Positions 19,825 through 29,112 of a stretch of DNA of 64,000 bases are shown piece by piece. Source of the DNA: Methylotenera sp. (GTDB lineage Bacteria > Pseudomonadota > Gammaproteobacteria > Burkholderiales > Methylophilaceae); contig SXLB01000018.1 of assembly GCA_005777825.1 (NCBI GenBank), positions 10,550-74,549 on the forward strand, written 5' to 3'. Each line of letters opens with the position of its first letter. Positions within the stretch are counted from its first letter, which is position 1. A program made the position numbers and the translations under genes. Under the pieces are notes generated by a model. The model saw only the letters and a list, made by a program, of their open reading frames with translations, was not told where the DNA came from and ran no database searches.

Positions 19825-19932
19825 AAATACACGTAAAATAATAAGTGTGAGATTATCTGAAAACCCCGTATTTGGCAAGCTGTAGTCTAGCTGGCTAGCA
19901 TATTAAAAACAGTAGCTTAGCACACAAAATCC

Positions 19933-20862
19933 ATGCAAAAAATCAAAGCTTTTCGATTAAACCTCAGCAGTTTGCCTAATCTAGGCAGCCTATGGATGCT
20001 GCTTGCTGCGCTTGGCTTTGCGCTAATGGGCGCATTGGTTAAGCTCGGAGCAACAAAATTTAGCAGCAGCGAACTGGTGTTTTACCGCTCTTTATTTGGC
20101 TTAATCACGGTAACCCTCTACCTGCATTGTCAAAAAATAAGCCTGGCCACGCCGGTGCTTTTCAAGCAGATGTCACGCGCACTGGTTGGCTTTGCCTCCT
20201 TGGTGTTATTTTTTTACGCCATCGCACACTTGCCGCTCGCAACCGCCATGACGCTTAATTACACCTCGCCTTTATTCCTCGCTTTATTGTCGCCTTTTTT
20301 ATTGCAGGAAGCACTCAAAAGAACGCTGCTATTAGCGCTCATCATAGGCTTTATTGGCGTCAGCTTGCTACTGAAACCCACTTTAAACAGCGGTAACGCC
20401 TTGGCCGGCAGCCTGGGTTTATTGTCTGGGCTTGGCGCTGCTTGGGCCTATGTGCACGTCAAACAATTGGGGCAACAAAACGAACCGGATACCCGCACGG
20501 TGTTTTACTTTACCTTGGTGTCTACCGTATTGGCAGGATTGTGGATGCTGATGGCGCCGCAACTCCAACGCTTAGACGGCATGAACAGCCTGCTACTAAA
20601 CGGATTTCATCGCTTGAATTGGCAAGATATGCCGCTGCTAATCGGCTTAGGTGCCACGGCCACCGTCGCCCAGCTAGCCATGACGCGGGCCTATCGCACT
20701 GGCGACACCTTGGTGGTAGCCAGTTTAGCTTACACCACGGTGATGTTAGCGAGCCTATTTGGTGTGTTGTGGTGGGGAGAGCAGTTAAGCTTCAGCGATT
20801 GCCTAGCCATAGCCCTGATAGTCTTAAGCGGACTCATCAGCCTACGCAGCAAAGCCGTCTAA
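19933..20862 (+). CDS. DMT/EamA family transporter
   Basis: 'ELVFYRS', 'LPLATAMTLNYTSPLF', 'QLAMTRAY' and about 10 TM helices. Confidence 0.88.
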   Translation: MQKIKAFRLNLSSLPNLGSLWMLLAALGFALMGALVKLGATKFSSSELVFYRSLFGLITVTLYLHCQKISLATPVLFKQMSRALVGFASLVLFFYAIAHLPLATAMTLNYTSPLFLALLSPFLLQEALKRTLLLALIIGFIGVSLLLKPTLNSGNALAGSLGLLSGLGAAWAYVHVKQLGQQNEPDTRTVFYFTLVSTVLAGLWMLMAPQLQRLDGMNSLLLNGFHRLNWQDMPLLIGLGATATVAQLAMTRAYRTGDTLVVASLAYTTVMLASLFGVLWWGEQLSFSDCLAIALIVLSGLISLRSKAV

Positions 20863-20866
20863 CTTA

Positions 20867-21505
20867 CTAGGCTTCCAACAAGCCGCTGCGCATGGCAATC
20901 AAGGCAATTTCCGCCGAGTTGTTTGCATTTAACTTTTGCTTGATGTTGTATAGATGGGTGCCCACCGTACGTGGGCTTAAAAATAAGGTTTCAGCAATCT
21001 CATTGGTGGTTTTACCCTTAGCCAATGCCATGAACACCTCAAACTCCCTAGGGGATAACACGTCCACTGGATTTTGATCGCCAGACAATTGCTGTATGGC
21101 CATTTGCTGAGCCACGCCCGCTTCCAAGTATTTCTTGCCACTGGCCACCACGCGTATCGCTTTGATCATCTCTTCGGCGGCACTGCGTTTAGTTAAATAG
21201 CCCATGGCACCGGCATTGAGCACGCGTTTGGGATGCACCGAATCCTCATGGGCCGACAGCACCAGTATTTTTGCCGCACTGTCTTTGGCTAAAATGCGCT
21301 CTATGGCTTCCAAGCCGCCTATACCCGGCATGGTGATATCCATGACCACCACATGTGGCTTGAATTCCATGTAACGCTGTATGGCTTGCTCACCGCTTTC
21401 GGCTTCGCACACCACCTTAATGTCCGCATCGGTTTCCAGTAGCATTTTAAAACCCATGCGCACTACCGCATGATCGTCCACCAACATCACATTAATTACG
21501 CTCAT
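20867..21505 (-). CDS. NarL/LuxR-family response regulator (MxcE/MoxX-like)
   Basis: Receiver motifs 'LVDDHAVVR', 'MDITMPG', 'GYLTK'; LuxR HTH 'LSPREFEVF...KTTNEIAETLFLSPRTVGTHLYNIKQKL'. Confidence 0.9.
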   Translation of the reverse strand: MSVINVMLVDDHAVVRMGFKMLLETDADIKVVCEAESGEQAIQRYMEFKPHVVVMDITMPGIGGLEAIERILAKDSAAKILVLSAHEDSVHPKRVLNAGAMGYLTKRSAAEEMIKAIRVVASGKKYLEAGVAQQMAIQQLSGDQNPVDVLSPREFEVFMALAKGKTTNEIAETLFLSPRTVGTHLYNIKQKLNANNSAEIALIAMRSGLLEA

Positions 21506-21533
21506 TATTTTTTACCCGTTCACTAAAAGCGGC

Positions 21534-22862
21534 CTAACTTACCCGCGGAATGTTGATATGGATCGCGGTACCACGATTCGGTTCAGACAGCAGACTAAAG
21601 CTGCCGTGAAAACCCTGCACACGCTCGCGTATGCCTAGCAAACCGAAATGCTGAGATTGATCGACTGACGCCATGTTCATGCCTACGCCATCGTCCTTAA
21701 TCAGCAACTGCAACTCGTTTTCAAGCAAGGTCAAACTGACCTCTATGCTTGATGCTTGCGCGTGCTTTAAGGCATTGTTAATGGATTCTTGAACTATGCG
21801 AAAAACATTGATATTCAAGCTCTCGCCCAAATCGTCTAACTGACCGTTTAACTTTAATTCGAAACGCACGTTAGCATGCAGTTTTTGCCAGTAATTCATC
21901 GTATCGCGCAAGGTTTCGGACAAGCCTAAGTTGTCTAAAGCTCCGGGGCGCAACTGCCTTATGATGCTGTGCATGCCTTCGTAAATTTGGTTGGCTGCGC
22001 CCACTATGGTTTGCGCATTGGCCGCTATGTCCGGCGATTTATCCTTGGCCTTATTGGCGATTGCCACCGCAAAGGTTTTGATGGCCGTGACATACTGACC
22101 AAGCTCATCATGTAATTCTCTCGCCAAACTGCGACGCTCGTCTTCAATGTGGGTTTGAATCAACTGGGTGAGCTGACGGTTTTCTTCCAATTGGCGCTCC
22201 ATGGCTAAAGACTCGGCCATGCGGTTCAAACTATGGCCTATGCGATTGAATTCCGGGAGCGTAAAGGTCGGCAAGCGCGTGCTTAAATCGCCTCGCTCCA
22301 TTCGGTTAATCGAGGTCAATATAGGTTTAATCGGCTTCAAGGAGTGGCTTAACAAGGCATACACCATCAAATTGAGCAACACGAAAAAAAACAAACCCAC
22401 CCACATCAACTGCCTAAAACCCGACCAAGCTTCGCGTATTGAACCGGCGGCACTGGACGACACCACCAAGGTACCATAACGTATACGGCGTTCCACTGTC
22501 TCCACTGGCGGCTGGACCATTTTCTCAAACCACGATGGCGCGTGAACATCCGCCTTGTAGGTCGATGCCGGCGAAGTATACAAAACGTTGCCACTGATGT
22601 CGTACAGCACGATGTGGCTGCTGCGCACGTAACCTAGAGACTGCAAAAAGCTTTGTAAGACCTTATCTGTTTGACCGTATTCCGGATTAAGGGCAGAACT
22701 AATGATTACCGTATCAAGTAATTGCACAGTGACACGACTGGCCGCCTCAACTCGCTCGCGTATGGATGTGCGCGTGTCGTTGACCAGTATACTGCCCACC
22801 ACCAAGATAAAAGCCAGTGACAACAATGTAATGAGAAGATTTAAACGGAATTTTAAGCTCAT
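21534..22862 (-). CDS. Membrane sensor histidine kinase (HAMP, HisKA_3, HATPase), MoxY/MxcQ-like
   Basis: Two TMs, HAMP, 'EDERRSLARELHDELGQ', 'FRIVQESINNALKHA', 'DDGVG', 'FGLLGIRERV'; N-terminus 'MSLKFRLNLLI' resembles methylotroph MoxY/MxcQ sensors (from recall). Confidence 0.85.
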   Translation of the reverse strand: MSLKFRLNLLITLLSLAFILVVGSILVNDTRTSIRERVEAASRVTVQLLDTVIISSALNPEYGQTDKVLQSFLQSLGYVRSSHIVLYDISGNVLYTSPASTYKADVHAPSWFEKMVQPPVETVERRIRYGTLVVSSSAAGSIREAWSGFRQLMWVGLFFFVLLNLMVYALLSHSLKPIKPILTSINRMERGDLSTRLPTFTLPEFNRIGHSLNRMAESLAMERQLEENRQLTQLIQTHIEDERRSLARELHDELGQYVTAIKTFAVAIANKAKDKSPDIAANAQTIVGAANQIYEGMHSIIRQLRPGALDNLGLSETLRDTMNYWQKLHANVRFELKLNGQLDDLGESLNINVFRIVQESINNALKHAQASSIEVSLTLLENELQLLIKDDGVGMNMASVDQSQHFGLLGIRERVQGFHGSFSLLSEPNRGTAIHINIPRVS

Positions 22863-22989
22863 GTAGAAGACAGATTTTGCTTTATTGTAGGCAGTTGAAA
22901 TGACAAGTTAACATGTGTAGAGTTTAGCAAGTTTAACGCAATTGCAATATAGTGATATTCACTAGAAAACAAAATGGAACCCATCCTCC

Positions 22990-23637
22990 ATGCACACCGC
23001 CTTCCTTTTAGACGCTGCAAAAGCCGTACAAAAATCCATCCTAGACAACGAAGCAGCTTTGGAATCACTAGACCGTGCCATAGGTGACGGTGACCACTAC
23101 ATCAACATGGTGCGTGGCGCACAAGCTATCGTTAGCATGGAAGACGAGTTGACCTCATTAAGTGTTGCACTAGCCTTAAATAAAATTGGCTTGAAACTGC
23201 TTAGCACCTTAGGAGGTGCATCTGGGGCGCTGATGGCTAGCTTTTTTATCAGCATGGCAAAACAATGGCCGACTGCAGAAAATACCAATCCACTCTCGAT
23301 TGCACTGGCTTTTGATGCCGGCGTGCAAGCCATCATGCTTCGAGGCAAAGCCGGCCTGGGCGAAAAAACCATGCTGGATGTACTCATACCGGTATCGCAA
23401 CAATTTAAGCTGCTGGCCGAAAAAAAACAGAGCACACCCCTAATTTGCAAGGCCATAATTGATACCGCAGACCAAGGCTTGCAAAACACGCGCGACCTTA
23501 TCGCGACCAAAGGACGAGCGGCCGGGTTAGGTGAGCGAGCAATAGGCCATTTGGATCCCGGCGCCAAAAGTTGTCAGTTAATAATAACAGCCATCTGCCA
23601 GTTAGCATCGCACCCCATAAATAGCACACGATATTAA
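22990..23637 (+). CDS. dhaL: Dihydroxyacetone kinase ADP-binding subunit DhaL
   Basis: 'LDRAIGDGDH..NM.RG', 'GGASGAL', 'GEKTMLDVL', 'KGRAAGLGERAIGHLDPGA'. Confidence 0.92.
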   Translation: MHTAFLLDAAKAVQKSILDNEAALESLDRAIGDGDHYINMVRGAQAIVSMEDELTSLSVALALNKIGLKLLSTLGGASGALMASFFISMAKQWPTAENTNPLSIALAFDAGVQAIMLRGKAGLGEKTMLDVLIPVSQQFKLLAEKKQSTPLICKAIIDTADQGLQNTRDLIATKGRAAGLGERAIGHLDPGAKSCQLIITAICQLASHPINSTRY

Positions 23638-23650
23638 GTCAGGATAAACA

Positions 23651-24655
23651 ATGAAAAAATTCATAAACAAACTGGATGACGTCTTAATAGAAAGCTTGAG
23701 TGGCTTTGCACAAGCGCATGCCGACTTAGTCAACCTATCACTAAACCCGCATTTTCTCAGTCGCAAAAAACCAGCAGCGAATAAAGTGGCGTTAATTTCT
23801 GGCGGCGGTTCTGGCCACGAACCCCTGCACGCTGGCTACATAGGTTACGGCATGCTCGATGCTGCCTGCCCAGGCCACGTATTCACCTCACCCACCCCAG
23901 ACCAAATGCTGACAGCAGCAGAGCACATCGCCAGCGACAAGGGCGTGTTATTTATAGTCAAAAACTACGCCGGTGATGTCATGAATTTTGAAATGGCAGC
24001 AGAAATGTTGTCGGTTGAAAATGCCACGGTCTATACCAGTGACGATTGCGCTGTGGTAAACAGCACCTACACCGAGGGCCGCCGTGGGGTAGCCGGCACC
24101 GTCATCGTGGAAAAATGCGTGGGCAGCCTAGCCGAAACTGGCGCCAGTCTTGCCGATTGCAAAGCCCTAGGCGAAAAAGTAAATGTGCGCACTTCCAGCA
24201 TGGGCGTAGCACTGACCAGCTGCACGGTGCCAGCGGCTGGTCGCCCTACCTTTGCCATAGGCGACAATGAAATAGAAATGGGCGTTGGCATACACGGTGA
24301 ACCCGGTCGACACCGAGTCAAAATGCAAGAGGCAGACGCCATTGTTAATGAGTGCGTTAAGGCCATACTGGCGGATTGGCAACAAAAGCAATTATGTCTA
24401 AAAGGTCAGCCTGAAGCTTTGTTGTTAGTTAACGGCTTTGGCGCCACTCCCTTAATGGAACTGTATTTAATCTACCATAGCGCAGCAACATTACTCAAAA
24501 AACATGGCATAGCCATCTCACGCTCATTGGTAGGTAATTACACCACGGCTCTCGACATGGCAGGGGCTTCGGTAAGCTTATGCCTATTGGACGATGAAAT
24601 TAAACACCATTGGGACAGTCCAGTACACACAGCGGCACTGCGATGGGGCTGTTAA
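23651..24655 (+). CDS. dhaK: Dihydroxyacetone kinase substrate-binding subunit DhaK
   Basis: 'MKKFIN', 'SGGGSGHEPLHAG', 'FTSPTPDQ', 'KNYAGD', 'GIHGEPG', 'W..PVHTAALRWG'. Confidence 0.95.
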   Translation: MKKFINKLDDVLIESLSGFAQAHADLVNLSLNPHFLSRKKPAANKVALISGGGSGHEPLHAGYIGYGMLDAACPGHVFTSPTPDQMLTAAEHIASDKGVLFIVKNYAGDVMNFEMAAEMLSVENATVYTSDDCAVVNSTYTEGRRGVAGTVIVEKCVGSLAETGASLADCKALGEKVNVRTSSMGVALTSCTVPAAGRPTFAIGDNEIEMGVGIHGEPGRHRVKMQEADAIVNECVKAILADWQQKQLCLKGQPEALLLVNGFGATPLMELYLIYHSAATLLKKHGIAISRSLVGNYTTALDMAGASVSLCLLDDEIKHHWDSPVHTAALRWGC

Positions 24656-25473
24656 GCCATAAAGCGAGCGCGCAGATCCATTAAATTCAAGCTTTGCAAT
24701 ATCGCCTGCAAGCGAGCCATAGCGTTCTTACGCGGCTGACCGGTGTACTTGGCGACGATTAACTCATTTTTCATGGAGTGCTCCCAGCCCACCAGCTCGG
24801 TGACGGTGACTTGGTATCCAGCCGCCTCCAACTGCAAACAGCGTAAGACATTGGTCAGTTGGCTACCAAATTCACGGGTGTGTATAGGGTGGCGCCAAAT
24901 TTCACTCAATGGTGATAGTGAAAAACTTTCGTTTTTATGCAGACGCAAGGCTTCCGCCACTTCCGCCTGACAACATGGCACCAATACCATGTAACTGGCT
25001 TGCTTGCTTAAGCCAAAGCGTATGGCATCGTCGGTCGCCGTGTTGCAAGCATGCAAAGCGGTCACCATGTCCACTTTAGCCGGCAAGCTGGGTGAAGTGA
25101 TGGATTCGGCTACCGTTAAATGCTGAAAGTCCATGCGCGTAAATTGCAGCTCTGCCGCCAATTGCTGGGATTTCGCCACCAACTCAGGTCGGCTTTCTAT
25201 GCCTATTACTTGGCCAGCCGCATGCTGCTTTAATAATAAGTCATACAAGATAAAACCCAAATAAGACTTGCCTGCCCCATGGTCAACAATAACAGGCTGC
25301 TCATTGCGCAACAGCGCCTCCTTAAACAAGGGCTCGATGAAGTTTACTAAATGGTAAACCTGCTTCAGTTTGCGTCTACTGTCTTGGTTGAGCTTGCCGT
25401 CGCGCGTGAGGATGTGCAAGGCTTTAAGCAAGTCTATGGATTGATTGGGGCGAATTTCTGCGGGCATGGTCAT
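24652..25473 (-). CDS. Class I SAM-dependent methyltransferase (Methyltransf_32-like)
   Basis: 'VDHGAGKSYLGF', 'ALHACNTATDDA', 'VPCCQ'. Confidence 0.85.
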   Translation of the reverse strand: MTMPAEIRPNQSIDLLKALHILTRDGKLNQDSRRKLKQVYHLVNFIEPLFKEALLRNEQPVIVDHGAGKSYLGFILYDLLLKQHAAGQVIGIESRPELVAKSQQLAAELQFTRMDFQHLTVAESITSPSLPAKVDMVTALHACNTATDDAIRFGLSKQASYMVLVPCCQAEVAEALRLHKNESFSLSPLSEIWRHPIHTREFGSQLTNVLRCLQLEAAGYQVTVTELVGWEHSMKNELIVAKYTGQPRKNAMARLQAILQSLNLMDLRARFMA

Positions 25474-25638
25474 GCCGCTATTTTAAGGCAAAATCCGAAC
25501 AAACTGCCGGCTCGCAGATAAAAAGGGGAATTACTCTAGGCAATGTTAAAATGCGCGGACAGAGCAATGCAATGCCTCAAAAAATCTAAACATGTTGAGG
25601 CGCTTCAACAAAGCAAGCACGGAAGAAGGATGATATAG

Positions 25639-26589
25639 ATGGCGATTCAGTGGTACCCAGGGCACATGACCCAAGCGCGCAAAAAAGCCGAAGAAACGAT
25701 GGAGTTCACCGACATCGTCATCGAGGTGTTGGATGCCCGGGTGCCTGCTGCCAGCCACAACCCCATGATAGATGAAATGCGTTTATTCCGTCAGCGCCCG
25801 CAACTCAAAATCCTCAACAAAGCCGATCTGGCTGACCCCTTGGCCACCCAAGCATGGCTTAATTATTTCAACAGCCAACCCAACACCAAAGCCGTCGCGC
25901 TGTCTTGCAAAAAGCCCGGTGACGCCAATAAAATTCCTAAGCACTGCCTAGCCCTAACGCCGCACCGCGGCACGCACTTAAAACCCTTACGCATGCTGAT
26001 CATGGGCATCCCCAATGTGGGCAAGTCTACTTTAATGAACGCCCTATTGAATCGACGCGTGGCTAAGGTGGGCGACGAACCAGCCGTCACCAAAAGTCAA
26101 CAGCGTTTTGATTTATCTGAAACCATGAGCATCACCGACACACCAGGCATGATGTGGCCCAAGATACAATACGAATCCGATGGCTACATGCTGGCCGCCA
26201 GCCACGCCATAGGCCGCAACGCCGTCATAGACGAAGACGTAGCGCTTTTTTTGGCCGACAACTTGCTTAAAACCTACCCCGCCCTGCTTAATGCGCGCTA
26301 CAAATTGGATAGCATGAAGCACAATGGCGCCCTGCTCGATGTGAGCAAGATGGACGGTGTGGATTTATTGGAAGCCATAGCAAAACGCCGAACCTATAAG
26401 CGGCATGACGGCTTATGGGACATGGAAAAAACCGCCATGGCGTTTTTAACCGATTACCGCAGTGGCGCCATAGGCCGCATTAGCTTAGAAACGCCAAATA
26501 GTCGCGCCTTGATGACGCAAGCAAGCCTAGTGTTGCCAGACAATGCTACAGACAATGACACGGACGAGACCGCAGCAACCCCAAGCTAA
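25639..26589 (+). CDS. rbgA: Ribosome biogenesis GTPase RbgA/YlqF
   Basis: 'IQWYPGHM', circularly permuted G motifs 'NKAD', 'GIPNVGKST', 'DTPG'. Confidence 0.93.
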   Translation: MAIQWYPGHMTQARKKAEETMEFTDIVIEVLDARVPAASHNPMIDEMRLFRQRPQLKILNKADLADPLATQAWLNYFNSQPNTKAVALSCKKPGDANKIPKHCLALTPHRGTHLKPLRMLIMGIPNVGKSTLMNALLNRRVAKVGDEPAVTKSQQRFDLSETMSITDTPGMMWPKIQYESDGYMLAASHAIGRNAVIDEDVALFLADNLLKTYPALLNARYKLDSMKHNGALLDVSKMDGVDLLEAIAKRRTYKRHDGLWDMEKTAMAFLTDYRSGAIGRISLETPNSRALMTQASLVLPDNATDNDTDETAATPS

Positions 26590-26846
26590 GTGCTTTTTTT
26601 CTGCAACTGCTTACTAAACGCCAGGTCTAGCTTGCTCACGCGCTTGACTATTTGCGGGCCGTAGCCATTCACCCACGCAACAAATTCATCCATGGCCATG
26701 GGCTCACATAAGCGCGTGCTGTTACCCAAGCCGTCGCCTAACTGCAAGCTAAACAGCCCAGCGCTGCTCATGCTCATGGAATAAAGCGGGTTATCACTGC
26801 GGCGCTTAAGTCTATCAATGGCAGCGCTGGCCTTAGTCGATCGCAT
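26586..26846 (-). CDS. Small basic hypothetical protein (86 aa)
   Basis: ATG with AGGA SD ('cacaggaacaaacATG'); fills the gap between rbgA and rep. Confidence 0.65.
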   Translation of the reverse strand: MRSTKASAAIDRLKRRSDNPLYSMSMSSAGLFSLQLGDGLGNSTRLCEPMAMDEFVAWVNGYGPQIVKRVSKLDLAFSKQLQKKST

Positions 26847-26994
26847 GTTTGTTCCTGTGCTTGATGATTAAAAATGAATTATGGCACGCTTTACGCAAAG
26901 CACCGGCAGACGCAAGTTTAAGTAGCTAGTTAAACCGGTAAACGCTAAAATCTCAGCCTGCCCGATTACCTCAATTCCCATCACACACTAGCGC

Positions 26995-29025
26995 ATGTTA
27001 AACAGCCTTAATTCTCCCCAACGCGAAGCGGTCAAATACCTAGATGGCCCCTTGTTGGTTCTGGCTGGCGCAGGTAGCGGCAAGACCCGAGTCATCACGC
27101 AAAAAATCAGCTATTTGATCGACGAGGCCGGTTATTCACCTAAAGAAATAGCGGCCATCACCTTCACCAATAAAGCTGCACGCGAAATGCAAGATCGGGT
27201 GGGCAAATTAATGCAAGGCAAAAGCACTAAAGGCCTGACCATAGCGACCTTCCATTCACTAGGCCTGCAAATGCTGCGTGCCGAAGCCGCCCTATTGGGT
27301 TACAAGCCGCAGTTTTCCATACTGGATTCCTCAGACAGCTACAAAATTGTGGCAGACATATTGGCCACCACAGACAAACAAATAATTCGTAAAACCCAAT
27401 GGCAAATTTCGGCATGGAAAAATGCATTCTTAAATGCCGATCAAGCCAAAGCTCAAGCCGATGAAGATTTAACTGTGGCAGCGGCTAAGGTCTACCAACT
27501 CTACCAACAAACCCTAAAAGCTTACCAAGCAGTGGATTTCGATGATTTAATCAAATTGCCCGTAGAGCTTTTTCAGGCGCACGAAAGCGCCCTGAATAAA
27601 TGGCAGCGGAAATTGCAGTATTTGCTTATCGACGAATACCAAGACACCAATGCTTGCCAATATAAATTGGTCAAAATGCTCACTGGCCTGCGCGGGCAAT
27701 TCACTGCCGTGGGCGACGACGACCAAGCTATCTATGGTTGGCGCGGGGCCGATGTGGAAAATTTACGCCAACTCACCGATGACTTTAGCAAGCTAAAAGT
27801 CATTAAATTGGAACAAAACTACCGCTCCACGGTGCGCATATTGCGCGCGGCCAACCAGGTGATCAGCAACAACCCCAAGTTGTTTGAGAAGAAATTATGG
27901 AGCGATTTGGGCACCGGCGATTTGATACAAGTGTCGGCCGCCATGAGCGAGGAAGCCGAGGCAGAATCGGTCATCATGAAAATACAAGCGCATAAATTTG
28001 AGCATCGCAGCAAATTTATGGATTACGCGGTTTTATACCGAGGCAATCACCAGGCGCGCATTTTTGAGCAACAATTGCGTAATCATAAAATTCCCTACAC
28101 GGTATCAGGCGGTCAATCTTTCTTTGACAAGGCGGAGATTAAAGACTTAGTCAGTTATTTACGCCTGGTAGCCAACGAAGACGATGACCCGGCTTTTATA
28201 CGCGCCGCCACCACCCCGAAAAAAGGCATAGGCAACACCACCTTGGAACGTTTGGGCGAGTATGCCAGCTTGCAGAAAATATCCCTATTCGCTGCGGCAT
28301 TTGAAGCGGACTTTCAAAGCGACGTGGGCGCTAAGCAATTGGACGATTTACTCAACTTCTGCGCCTACATCAGCAAGTTGCAGCAACGCGCCGTGCGCGA
28401 CCCGGCGAACGAGGTGTTGGACGACTTACTCAACACCATCCAATACGAAGCGTTTTTATACGACAGCGAAGAACCACGTGCAGCCGAAGTAAAATGGGCT
28501 AACGTCATGGACTTCATAGGCTGGCTGAGTAAAAAAGGCGAGCCCAATACCGAATACGGTAATGAAGCCGAGGCAAAAAATCTGCTGGAACTGACGCAAA
28601 TGGTTTCCTTAATGAGCATGCTAGAAGGCCAAGAGACAGGCGAAGTCGATGCGGTTAAGCTGTCCACTTTGCATGCCGCCAAGGGTTTGGAGTTTGGCCA
28701 CGTTTTTTTAATCGGTGTAGAAGAAGGCATACTGCCGCATAGGGAGAGCGTAGACCTAGGTGTGACCGACCCAACTAAAATCGAAGAAGAACGCCGCCTT
28801 ATGTACGTAGGCATTACCCGCGCACAAAAATCCTTAAACATATCCTGGTGCAAGAAACGCAAGCGCGCCGGTGAAATGGAGTTGTGCGAACCCAGTCGCT
28901 TCATTGCCGAATTGCCCAAGGACGACGTGCGCCATTTTGGCAATCCCTTTAATGACCCAGAAATTAGCAAAGATTTTGGCAAATCAAAAATGGCTAATAT
29001 CAAAGCCATGCTGGCTAATAAGTAA
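26995..29025 (+). CDS. rep: ATP-dependent DNA helicase Rep (UvrD/Rep family)
   Basis: 'LAGAGSGKTRVIT', 'TFTNKAAREM', 'DEYQDTN', 'VGDDDQAIY', 'LEQNYRS', 'YRGNHQ', 'EERRLMYVGITRA'. Confidence 0.92.
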   Translation: MLNSLNSPQREAVKYLDGPLLVLAGAGSGKTRVITQKISYLIDEAGYSPKEIAAITFTNKAAREMQDRVGKLMQGKSTKGLTIATFHSLGLQMLRAEAALLGYKPQFSILDSSDSYKIVADILATTDKQIIRKTQWQISAWKNAFLNADQAKAQADEDLTVAAAKVYQLYQQTLKAYQAVDFDDLIKLPVELFQAHESALNKWQRKLQYLLIDEYQDTNACQYKLVKMLTGLRGQFTAVGDDDQAIYGWRGADVENLRQLTDDFSKLKVIKLEQNYRSTVRILRAANQVISNNPKLFEKKLWSDLGTGDLIQVSAAMSEEAEAESVIMKIQAHKFEHRSKFMDYAVLYRGNHQARIFEQQLRNHKIPYTVSGGQSFFDKAEIKDLVSYLRLVANEDDDPAFIRAATTPKKGIGNTTLERLGEYASLQKISLFAAAFEADFQSDVGAKQLDDLLNFCAYISKLQQRAVRDPANEVLDDLLNTIQYEAFLYDSEEPRAAEVKWANVMDFIGWLSKKGEPNTEYGNEAEAKNLLELTQMVSLMSMLEGQETGEVDAVKLSTLHAAKGLEFGHVFLIGVEEGILPHRESVDLGVTDPTKIEEERRLMYVGITRAQKSLNISWCKKRKRAGEMELCEPSRFIAELPKDDVRHFGNPFNDPEISKDFGKSKMANIKAMLANK

Positions 29026-29112
29026 GGCCGGCCTGAAATCGAGCAGAGCTCGGTTATAATCGCACTAAAGCTGAACTTCTAGCACCAACCCTTTAGAAAA
29101 CCATCAAAACCC

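Noticed and set aside
26882-26897. sigma54-like TGGCACG-N4-ACGCA upstream of rep
   Set aside because: The -12 element is poor, no enhancer sites were seen, and a sigma70 -10 (TAAAAT) is present closer to rep
28365-29009. 214-aa minus-strand ORF
   Set aside because: Fully antisense to rep; typical shadow ORF
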